A stretch of DNA of 64,000 nucleotides from Candidatus Multivoradales bacterium (lineage in GTDB: Bacteria > Acidobacteriota > Thermoanaerobaculia > Multivoradales > J023): contig CBDFLE010000005.1 in NCBI GenBank assembly GCA_965248925.1, positions 736,001-800,000 of the forward strand. Reading direction: 5' to 3'. The translations under genes were made by a program, and so were the position numbers. Under the pieces are notes generated by a model. The model saw only the letters and a program-made list of their open reading frames with translations, made no database searches and was not told the origin of the DNA. Of this stretch, positions 28,746 through 37,469 are shown one piece after another. How positions within the stretch are numbered: position 1 is the first letter of the stretch; the number at the start of each line of letters is the position of its first letter.

Positions 28746-31322
28746 CTAAAGCGCGCCCCTCGCCAGCCGCCGAACGATGTCGGCGAAGCGCCGTTGCAAA
28801 CACCGTCCAACTGCCTCGTAGGACAGCTCTTCAGCCACTCTCCGGCGGCCCTCGGCACCTCTCCGCAAGGCTTCCTGGCGGTTGTCGTAGATCTCACGCA
28901 AGCGCTCGGCGAGGTGCCCTTCATCGATCTCCGCCCACTTCGACCCGGCCTGGTAAGGGCCCTGGTCAGTGGCCAGCTCGACCCGCCGATAGCGCACCGG
29001 GAAACCATCGTTGAGATCAAAGAAGTCGCGCACTCCCGAGTAGGGGGCGGCGACCACCGGCTTGCCCAAGGCCATCGCCTCAACCAGGGTCAGACCGAAT
29101 CCCTCGGCACGGTGGGGCGAAGCATAGGCATCGGCAGTGGCCAGCAGGCGCCAGGTGTCGGCACGATCGAGATAGTCGTCGAGCAAATGGATCGAGGCGC
29201 CCTTGGTAGCTTCGACGAGCCGCTGATGGGCGGCAGTGGCGAAGCTGGCTTGAGAGGTCTTGAGGAGCAGCTGAACGTCGTTGTCGGGGCTGAAGGCGCG
29301 GCGAAAAGCGCGTACCAGAGCGAGCGGGTTCTTGCGCTCGAAATGACTGAGGAAGTTGAACATGTAAAGCACCACGAAGGTACTCGGAGAGAGACCGAAG
29401 TGCTGCCGGTGGGCGCTGCTGTCGACCTCGAGGTCGGCCGGTGCTTCGATGGGCAGGGGCAGCCGGCGCACCGGGATGGGTGCCGCCGAGCCGATCGCGT
29501 CGACACAGTAGACGCTCGCACTCCACACCTCGTGCAGCGGATCGAAGGCCCGTGCCCAGCGGCGGGGGAATTCTTCCATCTCCCACAGCCAGTAGCCGAT
29601 GTTGAAACGACCGCCGAGAACCTCGCCGCCGAGCCGGGTGGTCACCGGCCCGACCTGGTCGGCGTTGACCACCAGTAGGTTGATGTCGTAGGGAAGGTCG
29701 CTGCTGCTGGCGGCGATGCTGAGGTCTTGCTGGCGGGCGACGACTCCCAAATCTAGCTTGTGCAAGGAGAATGGAATGGTTGTGGTATCGAGTGCCCGTG
29801 CCAGCCCGCGGGCTGCTTCGCCCATGCCGGTCTCGGCCTCTAGATAGCCCACCAGGTTGATTCCCGGATGATCCAGCCGCCGGGGCAGGGGCGCTCTCCG
29901 GGGGGCGCACCCTGGCTGACCGGTAGCTTCGGCGACAGCTCGCTTAGGGCGCAGCCATCGCTTGAGGGCGCGGCTGCGTTCAGCTCCCAGCAGTGTCTTC
30001 AGCCTGCCTTTGCCGGAGATCGCCAGAGGTGATCTCCAGGCCCGTTTGGCGCGGTTTCGCAGCCTTCTCTTCAAGCCGGCGGCGGTGAGCAGAGAAGCGC
30101 GCGATTCGCGGTGCAGCCCGCTCAGCAAGGGTTCGTCCAGGCCCAGCTCGTAGCGGCCATAGTCCCGCAGCCAGGAGGAGAACTCGGCCAACGAAGCCCG
30201 CTCGGGGTCGGGAAAGTCGGCATGCAGGTCAGGCCTGCTCGCCCACAAGTGGCTGAGCAGGCGGCTGAGGTAGGGCGGCCGAGCTTTCCTAGTGCCAGCC
30301 GGCGCGGTGAGCCAGGCGAAGAAGCTGTCGGCAGAATCAGTGGCGAAAGGGTTGCCGAAGTGCCGTCGCCGCTGCTCGTCGAGCGCCAGGTAGAGCCGTC
30401 GGGCGGCGGGTGGGATTCGCACGCCGTTGTCAAACCGGGCGAAGGCGAAGGGCCAGCCCTTGCAATCGGCCCAACCCTCGGCGAAGAGGCGGTCGCGGTA
30501 GCGCCGGTAGAGTTCGGCGGCCTCGCCAATTTGGTCCAGGGTAAAGCGGTCCTGATGCTTGGAAACGTGCTGCAAGGCGTCGGGCTGAATACCACTGAAG
30601 TGAAAGAAGATCAGCGGCCGGCCGTTGACCTGCGCCACCTCGCCATCCAAGCTCACCCTGCGGCCATGGAGATTCCAATAGGCCACGTTGTAACCCGGAT
30701 CGCGCAGGATGTGAACTCCGGAGAATAGGCCAGGCACCAGATCGATCCACTTTTGATCGACGAACAGCCCTTGATCGATGCGCACCACGCATTGATCCCA
30801 CAGCCGTTCCTGCCACCAGCGCAGCAGACGCCGAGTCTCGTCGCTGTGCCGCAGGCCGATGAATCCCAGGTTGTAGGTACCGCTCTGCAGGATGCTCTGC
30901 TCGCCGGGGTGAGCGTCGTCCTCGATCGGCTGATCGAGATGGGGGGTTAGCACTACCTGATGCTCGCCCAGCAGGCGATCGAGCTCGCCCAAGTCGCCGC
31001 TGATCCAGATGTCGGGGTCGATGTAGAGCAAGCGCTCGACGCCGTGATGTTCGAAAAGGTGTTCGAGGAAGTAGGGTTTTGCCGCTGTATTGCCTTCGAG
31101 CACGGTGTATTTGAAAAGGAATCCAGCGCGTTCGGGGATCTTAAGCTGTTCCACTTCGAGCAGTTCGAAAGGCTCGTCCGAGTCGTCGATAAAGCCTTCG
31201 TTGCGGTCGTAAAGCAGCACGAAGAAGTGCCCGGCCGGGTGGCTGTCGGCGAACGAACGAGCCAACACCCGCGCGAACGGCAGGTAATTCTTCGACACGA
31301 TGGTGCAGGCGTCTAGGGGCAT
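28746..31322 (-). CDS. Two-domain glycosyltransferase (N-terminal GT-A-like domain plus C-terminal GT4)
   Basis: N-terminal CTIVSKNYL..LYIDPDI..YNLGFIG..DQKWIDL..YNVAYWN; C-terminal RKNP, HRAEGFGLTLVEAMALGKPVV. Confidence 0.88.
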   Translation of the reverse strand: MPLDACTIVSKNYLPFARVLARSFADSHPAGHFFVLLYDRNEGFIDDSDEPFELLEVEQLKIPERAGFLFKYTVLEGNTAAKPYFLEHLFEHHGVERLLYIDPDIWISGDLGELDRLLGEHQVVLTPHLDQPIEDDAHPGEQSILQSGTYNLGFIGLRHSDETRRLLRWWQERLWDQCVVRIDQGLFVDQKWIDLVPGLFSGVHILRDPGYNVAYWNLHGRRVSLDGEVAQVNGRPLIFFHFSGIQPDALQHVSKHQDRFTLDQIGEAAELYRRYRDRLFAEGWADCKGWPFAFARFDNGVRIPPAARRLYLALDEQRRRHFGNPFATDSADSFFAWLTAPAGTRKARPPYLSRLLSHLWASRPDLHADFPDPERASLAEFSSWLRDYGRYELGLDEPLLSGLHRESRASLLTAAGLKRRLRNRAKRAWRSPLAISGKGRLKTLLGAERSRALKRWLRPKRAVAEATGQPGCAPRRAPLPRRLDHPGINLVGYLEAETGMGEAARGLARALDTTTIPFSLHKLDLGVVARQQDLSIAASSSDLPYDINLLVVNADQVGPVTTRLGGEVLGGRFNIGYWLWEMEEFPRRWARAFDPLHEVWSASVYCVDAIGSAAPIPVRRLPLPIEAPADLEVDSSAHRQHFGLSPSTFVVLYMFNFLSHFERKNPLALVRAFRRAFSPDNDVQLLLKTSQASFATAAHQRLVEATKGASIHLLDDYLDRADTWRLLATADAYASPHRAEGFGLTLVEAMALGKPVVAAPYSGVRDFFDLNDGFPVRYRRVELATDQGPYQAGSKWAEIDEGHLAERLREIYDNRQEALRRGAEGRRRVAEELSYEAVGRCLQRRFADIVRRLARGAL

Positions 31323-31352
31323 CGTTCTGTTCTGCAACTCGGTGATTGCGGC

Positions 31353-32432
31353 TTAGCAGCCGGCCACTGCATGGCGGTAGAAGTCTAGGGTAGCTGCGGC
31401 GGTGGCGGGCCAAGAAAAAAGCGCTGCCCGCTGTAATCCCCGCTGCCGCAGGTCGGCGGCCAGCGCTGCATCGCCCAACAGCCGTTCGAGGGCGCTGGTG
31501 ATCGACGCCGTATCGAGTGGATCCACCAACAGGGCGGCATCGCCGGCCACCTCCGGCATCGAGGTGGTGTTAGCGGTGATCACTGGCGCGCCACAGGCCA
31601 TCGCTTCGAGAATCGGCAAGCCAAATCCCTCGGCCAGCGAGGGAAAAACGAAAGCTGAGGCGCAGCTGTAGAGATCCGCCAATTGCTGCCGCTTGACATG
31701 CCCCAGCCGATGGACGAAGTCTGCTCCCTCCAGCCGCCGCTCCAGCTGCTTATTGCGCCAGCCCCCACCGGCGGCGATCGCCAGCGGAAATCTTCGCCGC
31801 AGCTCTGCCGGCAAGGCGCAATGCGCTTCGAGCAGGCGCAGGAGGTTCTTACGCGGCTCCAGGGTGCCGACGGCGAGCACGTAACCACCCTCCAGGCCGA
31901 GCTGTTGCAGCCGTTGTCGTGCGGCGGCCGCCTCTTGCGGTCGCATATCGACCCCGGCCGCCGAATGCACCACCTGCAAGCGATCTCCGTCGATGCCAAA
32001 ATGCGCGGTCGCGGCTTTGGCGGTGGCTGCGGAAACGGCCACCACGTGCGCTCCGTCGAGCACCGCCCGCAGCATCCCTTCGAGGCAGTGCAAGCGGTTC
32101 TCCAGGGTGTGGCACTCGGGATGGGTGAGGAAGGTCAAATCGTGGCAAGTCATCACCACTGGACCGCGAAAGCCCACCGGCCACGCCAGAGTCGGACTAT
32201 GAAAAATATCCAGTCGGTCCTCGGCCAGCGGGCGGGCGGCCAAACTGACGTTGTCAGGCAGCTCGGGCAGCGCCGCTCTCAGCGCCACTTCATCCACTGG
32301 CTGTAGCAGGCTGTGCAGGCTCAGCTGATGGTCGCCGGGCAAGCGGGCCATGCCGTTGAGCAACTCGACACTGTAAGTGCCGATGCCATCGCGAGGCGGC
32401 AAGACCTTGGAAATATCGAAGCCGATACGCAA
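31353..32432 (-). CDS. Glycosyltransferase family 4
   Basis: RIGFD..GIGTY, GTLEPRKN, PSLAEGFGLPILEAMACG; start taken at TTG 32432. Confidence 0.9.
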   Translation of the reverse strand: MRIGFDISKVLPPRDGIGTYSVELLNGMARLPGDHQLSLHSLLQPVDEVALRAALPELPDNVSLAARPLAEDRLDIFHSPTLAWPVGFRGPVVMTCHDLTFLTHPECHTLENRLHCLEGMLRAVLDGAHVVAVSAATAKAATAHFGIDGDRLQVVHSAAGVDMRPQEAAAARQRLQQLGLEGGYVLAVGTLEPRKNLLRLLEAHCALPAELRRRFPLAIAAGGGWRNKQLERRLEGADFVHRLGHVKRQQLADLYSCASAFVFPSLAEGFGLPILEAMACGAPVITANTTSMPEVAGDAALLVDPLDTASITSALERLLGDAALAADLRQRGLQRAALFSWPATAAATLDFYRHAVAGC

Positions 32433-32440
32433 GTGGAATC

Positions 32441-32764
32441 CTAGAGGTTGGCGGTCTCGTCGGCGAGCAATGACAGGTGATGGTGCAAACGCTCGGCGGC
32501 AGCCGCGGGCAAGACTTGCCGCTGTTTGGCCAACTGGACCCAACTACTCAGCCGATCGATTCGCTGATCGAGAAGTAGCCGATCGACTTGCGCTTGTAGG
32601 TGGTCGGCACGCAAACTGAGGGCCAAGGCTCGATCGTGAGATTCCTGGGACAATTGCTGCTGGGCGGCGCTAGAACGACGTTGCAGCACCAAGACCAAGA
32701 AGGTCAAGGCGGTCGTGGCCCCGGCGAGGAGCAGGAATGCGGTCAGTATTTGCGCGCTCTGCAC
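32441..32764 (-). CDS. Small membrane-anchored coiled-coil hypothetical protein
   Basis: TM segment ILTAFLLLAGATTALTFLVLVL then helical region; fills the gap within the operon; start uncertain. Confidence 0.55.
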   Translation of the reverse strand: MQSAQILTAFLLLAGATTALTFLVLVLQRRSSAAQQQLSQESHDRALALSLRADHLQAQVDRLLLDQRIDRLSSWVQLAKQRQVLPAAAAERLHHHLSLLADETANL

Positions 32765-32822
32765 TTGCTTCGGTCCTTGCTGCGATCCTGGCTGTGATGA
32801 CGAAGTGGTTGGTTGGCCGATC

Positions 32823-34763
32823 TTAGGGGATTTCGCCTCGCGGCGGAGGAGATTCACGGACCCAGTAGTGACGCACTCGCAACCGGCAGTCCTGACCCAA
32901 CGAGGCGCGCGCCAAGCGGCCCAATTCAGCCACCAAGGCGGTGCTGACCGGCCTGGGACTCTCGATCGCAACTTCCAGCACCGGCTGATGCTGTTGACGG
33001 ACCAGCTGCATGCCAACTATCCGTGCCCCCGCGGTGCTGGCAACTGCTCGCTCGAGGCGCTGTCTGAGAGGCGTCTCGAGAGTGGATTGGGGCTCGCCAG
33101 CTCGCAGCCCCGAAAGCAACTCAGAGCCCAGGGGCATGGCCAGCACCGCCACCGCTACTAGCAGAGCAAGAAACCCCAAGCGCACCCAGGTCTGGCCGCT
33201 GGCTCCTCGCTTACCACGCACTCCGGCGGCGTAGAAGGCGAGGCCAGCGCCGAGCACGATCGCCACCACGTTGGTGCCGAAAAGCAAGGCTGCGCCCCGC
33301 GCGTTGGCCACTTGCCCCTGCGCGATGGACACCCCGGTAGTAGCGATCGGCGGCACCAAGGCGGCGGCGATCGCTACCCCCGGCAAAGCGGCCACCAGGC
33401 CGGGCCGGCCCAAGCAGTAGGCCGCCGCGATACCCGACAACCAGGCCACTCCGAGATCGAGCAGGGTAGGTCCACCGCGAGCCAGCAATTCAGCGGTGAG
33501 TTCCGGCAACGGCACCACCGCGCCCAAAAAAATGCCGATCACCAGGGCGGTGAGATAGCCGTAGAGGAGGGCTTTGGCGGCGTCCCGCAGCAACGGTAGA
33601 TTGCCTTGCACCAGGCCCAGTCCAGCGCCGAGGATAGGGGTCATCAACGGTGCCACCAACATCGCGCCGATCACCACCGCCGCGCTCGATTGCAGCAGCC
33701 CGAGGGTAGCGATGGCGGTCGACAGGCCGATCAGAGCGAAGAAATCAAAACGCCACAGCGAGCCTGATTGAAGGGTCTCGAACAACCTGACCCGCTCTTC
33801 ACGAGTCATTTGCGGGATGGTCAGATCGAGCCATCTGCCGAGTCGGGTGCGCAGCCTGTGATGCAGACGCCAGCGTTCTCGCACCACTCCCACCACCAGC
33901 GCCTGGTGGCCGCTCAGCAGGCGCTCGGGAACGGTGCCGAAGAGCTGACGACGTAGCTGACCGACGCTGGAAGCGCCCAACAGAAGCAGGTCGGTGGGGT
34001 CTTCGAGGGCCTTGCGGATACCATCGTCGACCCGGTCGGCCAGTTCCACCTGGCGCCGGATCTGGGCACTGTCGGCGATGCCAGCGGCGGCCAACGACTT
34101 TGCCAGGGAGCGTTGGCCGACCTCCCAAGCCAGGTCGAGAATCGGCGCTTGCACGTTCAAGGCTCGTAATTCACCCTGCTCAGCTTGGATCAGCTTGTCG
34201 CCGATGCTTAAGGCCGCTTTGGCATGGTGGCCGCCGGCAGTGGGTACCAGGACCCTCTGGCACGACAGGTCGGTCGCTGAGTCCTGCGAGTCTGCATCGG
34301 CAATACCCACTAGCAGAGTGCGACAGGGAGCGGCGGTGAACAGCTTGCGGGCCAAGCTTGCACCGCCGCTGGGCTTGCGCAAGGCACTCTTGGCGACCAG
34401 TAACAGTTCCGCTTGGGCCTCTCCTTGGGCCGCCAACACGTCGCGCAGCGGATAGCTGGTGCAGAGTTCGATCAGCTCGATGGGATGCTCATCCGGCGGC
34501 TCGGCAGCTGCCGCCGGTGGCGGGGTGAAATCACCGCTGCTCAGCAAACGTCGCAACTCGCGGGCGGTCTGGCGCGACAGCTTCGAAGCGCTGTCGGGCA
34601 GGGTGTCTTGCAGCTGGTAGGTGCGGGATTCTCTGTCGCTGGGGTTGCCCTCGACCACAGCGACCACCAGCTCAGTCGCAAACGCTCGGGCCAGGCGCAG
34701 GCCGAGGCTGGTCACCGTGGTGACCTCTCGTTGGTTGCTGAGAACGGCGAAAATACTCATCAC
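32823..34763 (-). CDS. Universal-stress-domain plus DUF389 membrane protein
   Basis: USP-like RVLVPTAGG..DLLLLGAS..LFGTVPERLL; DUF389 AVVIGAMLVAPLMTPI, LPGVAIAAALVPP. Confidence 0.85.
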   Translation of the reverse strand: MMSIFAVLSNQREVTTVTSLGLRLARAFATELVVAVVEGNPSDRESRTYQLQDTLPDSASKLSRQTARELRRLLSSGDFTPPPAAAAEPPDEHPIELIELCTSYPLRDVLAAQGEAQAELLLVAKSALRKPSGGASLARKLFTAAPCRTLLVGIADADSQDSATDLSCQRVLVPTAGGHHAKAALSIGDKLIQAEQGELRALNVQAPILDLAWEVGQRSLAKSLAAAGIADSAQIRRQVELADRVDDGIRKALEDPTDLLLLGASSVGQLRRQLFGTVPERLLSGHQALVVGVVRERWRLHHRLRTRLGRWLDLTIPQMTREERVRLFETLQSGSLWRFDFFALIGLSTAIATLGLLQSSAAVVIGAMLVAPLMTPILGAGLGLVQGNLPLLRDAAKALLYGYLTALVIGIFLGAVVPLPELTAELLARGGPTLLDLGVAWLSGIAAAYCLGRPGLVAALPGVAIAAALVPPIATTGVSIAQGQVANARGAALLFGTNVVAIVLGAGLAFYAAGVRGKRGASGQTWVRLGFLALLVAVAVLAMPLGSELLSGLRAGEPQSTLETPLRQRLERAVASTAGARIVGMQLVRQQHQPVLEVAIESPRPVSTALVAELGRLARASLGQDCRLRVRHYWVRESPPPRGEIP

Positions 34764-34781
34764 GGCCTGAATGCTATCGAA

Positions 34782-35633
34782 TCAGCTGCCATGGTCGTCA
34801 TTCCAGACCGCCAGCAGCTGCTGGCGTAGCTCGGGATCTTGCTGCCGCGCCGAGCGCCGTCGCTGCCGCCAGCACAGCAAGCGCTGTTCCCAGCGCGGGC
34901 GCTGTTTGGCGTAATAGTGGCGCTGAGCACGGCGGTAATGGACTTCTCCCTGCCGGCTGGAACTCGAACCACCCTTGACGTGCCAGGCTAGAGCCGCGTG
35001 CACTTGCCCCAGCCGCCAACCGGCGAGCCGCAGCCGGCGGCACAAGTCAACGTCTTCGAAGTAGAGAAAGAAGTCCTCGTCGAAGCCGCCGACCGCCGCG
35101 AAAGCTCGACGCCGCAACAGCACACAAGCAGCGGTATACCAGCCCGGCCCGCTGAGCAGGCGCAAGAATGGCGGCAGCAGGCGATGATTCCAGGCCGAGC
35201 CCTCGAACGGGTTGCGCAGCTTCTGCAGCGCCTCGCCCAGGATGCCGGTCTCGGGCACCCAAGTGAACTGCCACCCGGAATTCGGATAGCGGAGCTGCGG
35301 CGCGACCCACGCCAGGCGCGAATCTGCATCGAGCGCGCGGTCGAGGAGGCTCAGAGCATTGTCAGCCAGCCAAGCGTCAGAGTTGATCATCAATAGCCGA
35401 TCACCGCCGGCAATCGCCACGCCACGGTTGTTGGCGGCGCCAAAGCCGAGGTTGGTTTCTAGCTGCATCAGGCGGCAGGTGGGGAATTCCTTGCGCACCA
35501 TGTCTGCCGAGCCATCGGTCGAGGCGTTGTCGACCACTACCACCTCGGTGATGCTTGGTTGGCTAGCCAGGGACCCTAAGCAGGCTCGCAGGTGGTGCCG
35601 CGAGCCGTGGCTGACGACGATGGCTGAGATCAT
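34782..35633 (-). CDS. Glycosyltransferase family 2
   Basis: VVVVDNASTDGS, NLGFGAANNRG, INSD, GGFDEDFFLYFEDVDLC. Confidence 0.92.
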   Translation of the reverse strand: MISAIVVSHGSRHHLRACLGSLASQPSITEVVVVDNASTDGSADMVRKEFPTCRLMQLETNLGFGAANNRGVAIAGGDRLLMINSDAWLADNALSLLDRALDADSRLAWVAPQLRYPNSGWQFTWVPETGILGEALQKLRNPFEGSAWNHRLLPPFLRLLSGPGWYTAACVLLRRRAFAAVGGFDEDFFLYFEDVDLCRRLRLAGWRLGQVHAALAWHVKGGSSSSRQGEVHYRRAQRHYYAKQRPRWEQRLLCWRQRRRSARQQDPELRQQLLAVWNDDHGS

Positions 35634-36820
35634 CCCGCCGCCTCCCGCAGATGGTCGAGAAAGAGCTCAGCTGAGGCTCGCCAGCTGAGTTCTCCCACCC
35701 GCCGTCGGCCTTCCTCGGCTATCTGCTGGCGAGCCTCGGGATCCTCGAGCGCTTGGCCCAGGACCTGCTTCACGGCGGCGGCATCCAGAGCCGAGCGGTA
35801 GGGATACTCGGGCCACAACTCATCGAAGGCCAGGCCGCTGCTGACCACCGGCGCCGTGCCACAGGCCAACGATTCCAACGGCGGCAAACCAAACCCTTCG
35901 TAGGTCGAGAGATAGAACGACAGCTCGGCATGCCGGTAGAGGAGAGGCAGATCGGCTTCTTCCACCCAGCCCAGCCGCTCCACTTGCCGAGCCACCGCGG
36001 ACTCGCCTATCAAGCGCCCCAAACCACCTCGCTGCGGCAGCCGATCCTGACCGGCGATCACCAAGCGAAGCCGTGGGTAGCGAGGCAGCAGAGCGGCGAA
36101 GGCTGGCAACACTAGGTCGAGCCGGCGCCGGGGCAGGGCCGAGCCGGCGAAGAGCAAATACGGTGCGCGCACCCCAAGCTCACCCAGCCGCGCGGCTTCA
36201 ACCGCCGCCTGCCCTGGCGGCGAGGGTGAGAACACCTCATCTACCGCCTCCGGTACCAAGCCGATGCGCTCAACCGGCACCCCGTAGGTGGCTCTCAGAT
36301 CCTCGACGATAGCCTGACTCGGTACCAGCACTCGCTGCGCTCGCCGCGCCGCTTGGCGGGCCAGAAATCGTCGCCGCCAGCGCTCCTTGAAGGGAAACTC
36401 CTGTGGCAAGTGCTCAAACGACAGATCGTGCAAGGTGACCACTCCGGGCAGACTGGTTGGCGGCAGACTGTAAGCTGGCGAGTAGAGCAAGTCGAGAGCC
36501 ATCCCGCGCATCAGGCGCGGCAAAATCAGCTGCTCCCAGAAGATCGGCCGAGCGCTAGGCCGCCGGTCGAAGAAGGCGCGAAAGCGACCGTCCGCCGACT
36601 TGGCCTGGGTCGCGTCGGCGGCAGCTTCACCCCACAGACGGTGACTGAAGCCGTCACCCTTGAAAAACAAGCTGAAGCGATCGTTGCCACCTAGCTGGGC
36701 GACGCCGCCGAGCATGCCCTCGAGATAGCGGCCGACTCCGGTAGCTCGGCCTTCCATTTCGTAGGCAACGACGCCGACGTGCAAGCCGGCCGAACTTTCT
36801 CTGGGTGCGGGATGATTCAT
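35630..36820 (-). CDS. Glycosyltransferase family 4
   Basis: TGVGRY, VVTLHDL, YEGFGLPPLESLACG; ATGA overlap with the GT2 gene. Confidence 0.9.
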   Translation of the reverse strand: MNHPAPRESSAGLHVGVVAYEMEGRATGVGRYLEGMLGGVAQLGGNDRFSLFFKGDGFSHRLWGEAAADATQAKSADGRFRAFFDRRPSARPIFWEQLILPRLMRGMALDLLYSPAYSLPPTSLPGVVTLHDLSFEHLPQEFPFKERWRRRFLARQAARRAQRVLVPSQAIVEDLRATYGVPVERIGLVPEAVDEVFSPSPPGQAAVEAARLGELGVRAPYLLFAGSALPRRRLDLVLPAFAALLPRYPRLRLVIAGQDRLPQRGGLGRLIGESAVARQVERLGWVEEADLPLLYRHAELSFYLSTYEGFGLPPLESLACGTAPVVSSGLAFDELWPEYPYRSALDAAAVKQVLGQALEDPEARQQIAEEGRRRVGELSWRASAELFLDHLREAAG

Positions 36821-36880
36821 CGGCTGGCCGGCAGCCTATCGCAGACCTCGGGCCGGGGTGCAGCAGTCAATAGCTGCCGC

Positions 36881-37381
36881 TCAGCCAATGCCCCGTTCCG
36901 CCACTTGTTCAGCAGTGAGGCCGTAGAGGGGCGGCGTGGTGACTCCCAAGATGCCGAGATAGAGGTAGATCTGGCCGCGGTGGTGAACCTCGTGTTCGAT
37001 CATCGCCCGCAACCACTTCCACACCGTCAGTTCGGCCCCCGCTGGAGTGCGGCAAGATTCGAGCAGGCGACTGTCGGGTAGGGCACCGAGCAACGCGACC
37101 GACTCTTCGTGCAGGCGCCGGCGATAGTCCATCACGGCGCCGTAGCCAGGCGCCAACTCGGCGCCCTCGCCACGATAGCGACTCGGCCGCCCGCAAGCCG
37201 CTTCGACGAACATCCATCGCTCGATAGTCGCCAAGTGGCGCAGCAAGTCACCGAGGGTGAACTTGTCTTTGGCGTAGGTCCACTCGATCGAGTCGGCGGG
37301 GATCACCGCCGCCAACCGGGTAGTACGTTGATGGATGCGTTGCCAATAGGGCAGAAAAGTGGCGAAACTGGTGATCTCCAT
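36881..37381 (-). CDS. DinB family protein
   Basis: TLGDLLRHL and EHEVHHRGQIYLYL metal-binding His motifs. Confidence 0.88.
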   Translation of the reverse strand: MEITSFATFLPYWQRIHQRTTRLAAVIPADSIEWTYAKDKFTLGDLLRHLATIERWMFVEAACGRPSRYRGEGAELAPGYGAVMDYRRRLHEESVALLGALPDSRLLESCRTPAGAELTVWKWLRAMIEHEVHHRGQIYLYLGILGVTTPPLYGLTAEQVAERGIG

Positions 37382-37469
37382 CAGCCGATGCTAACGCCCA
37401 GACCCCGCGCTGGCGAGTTCCTTCGCTGCTCTTGGCCGTGCGGAAAGGCGCGGGCTATACTCCCCGCCG

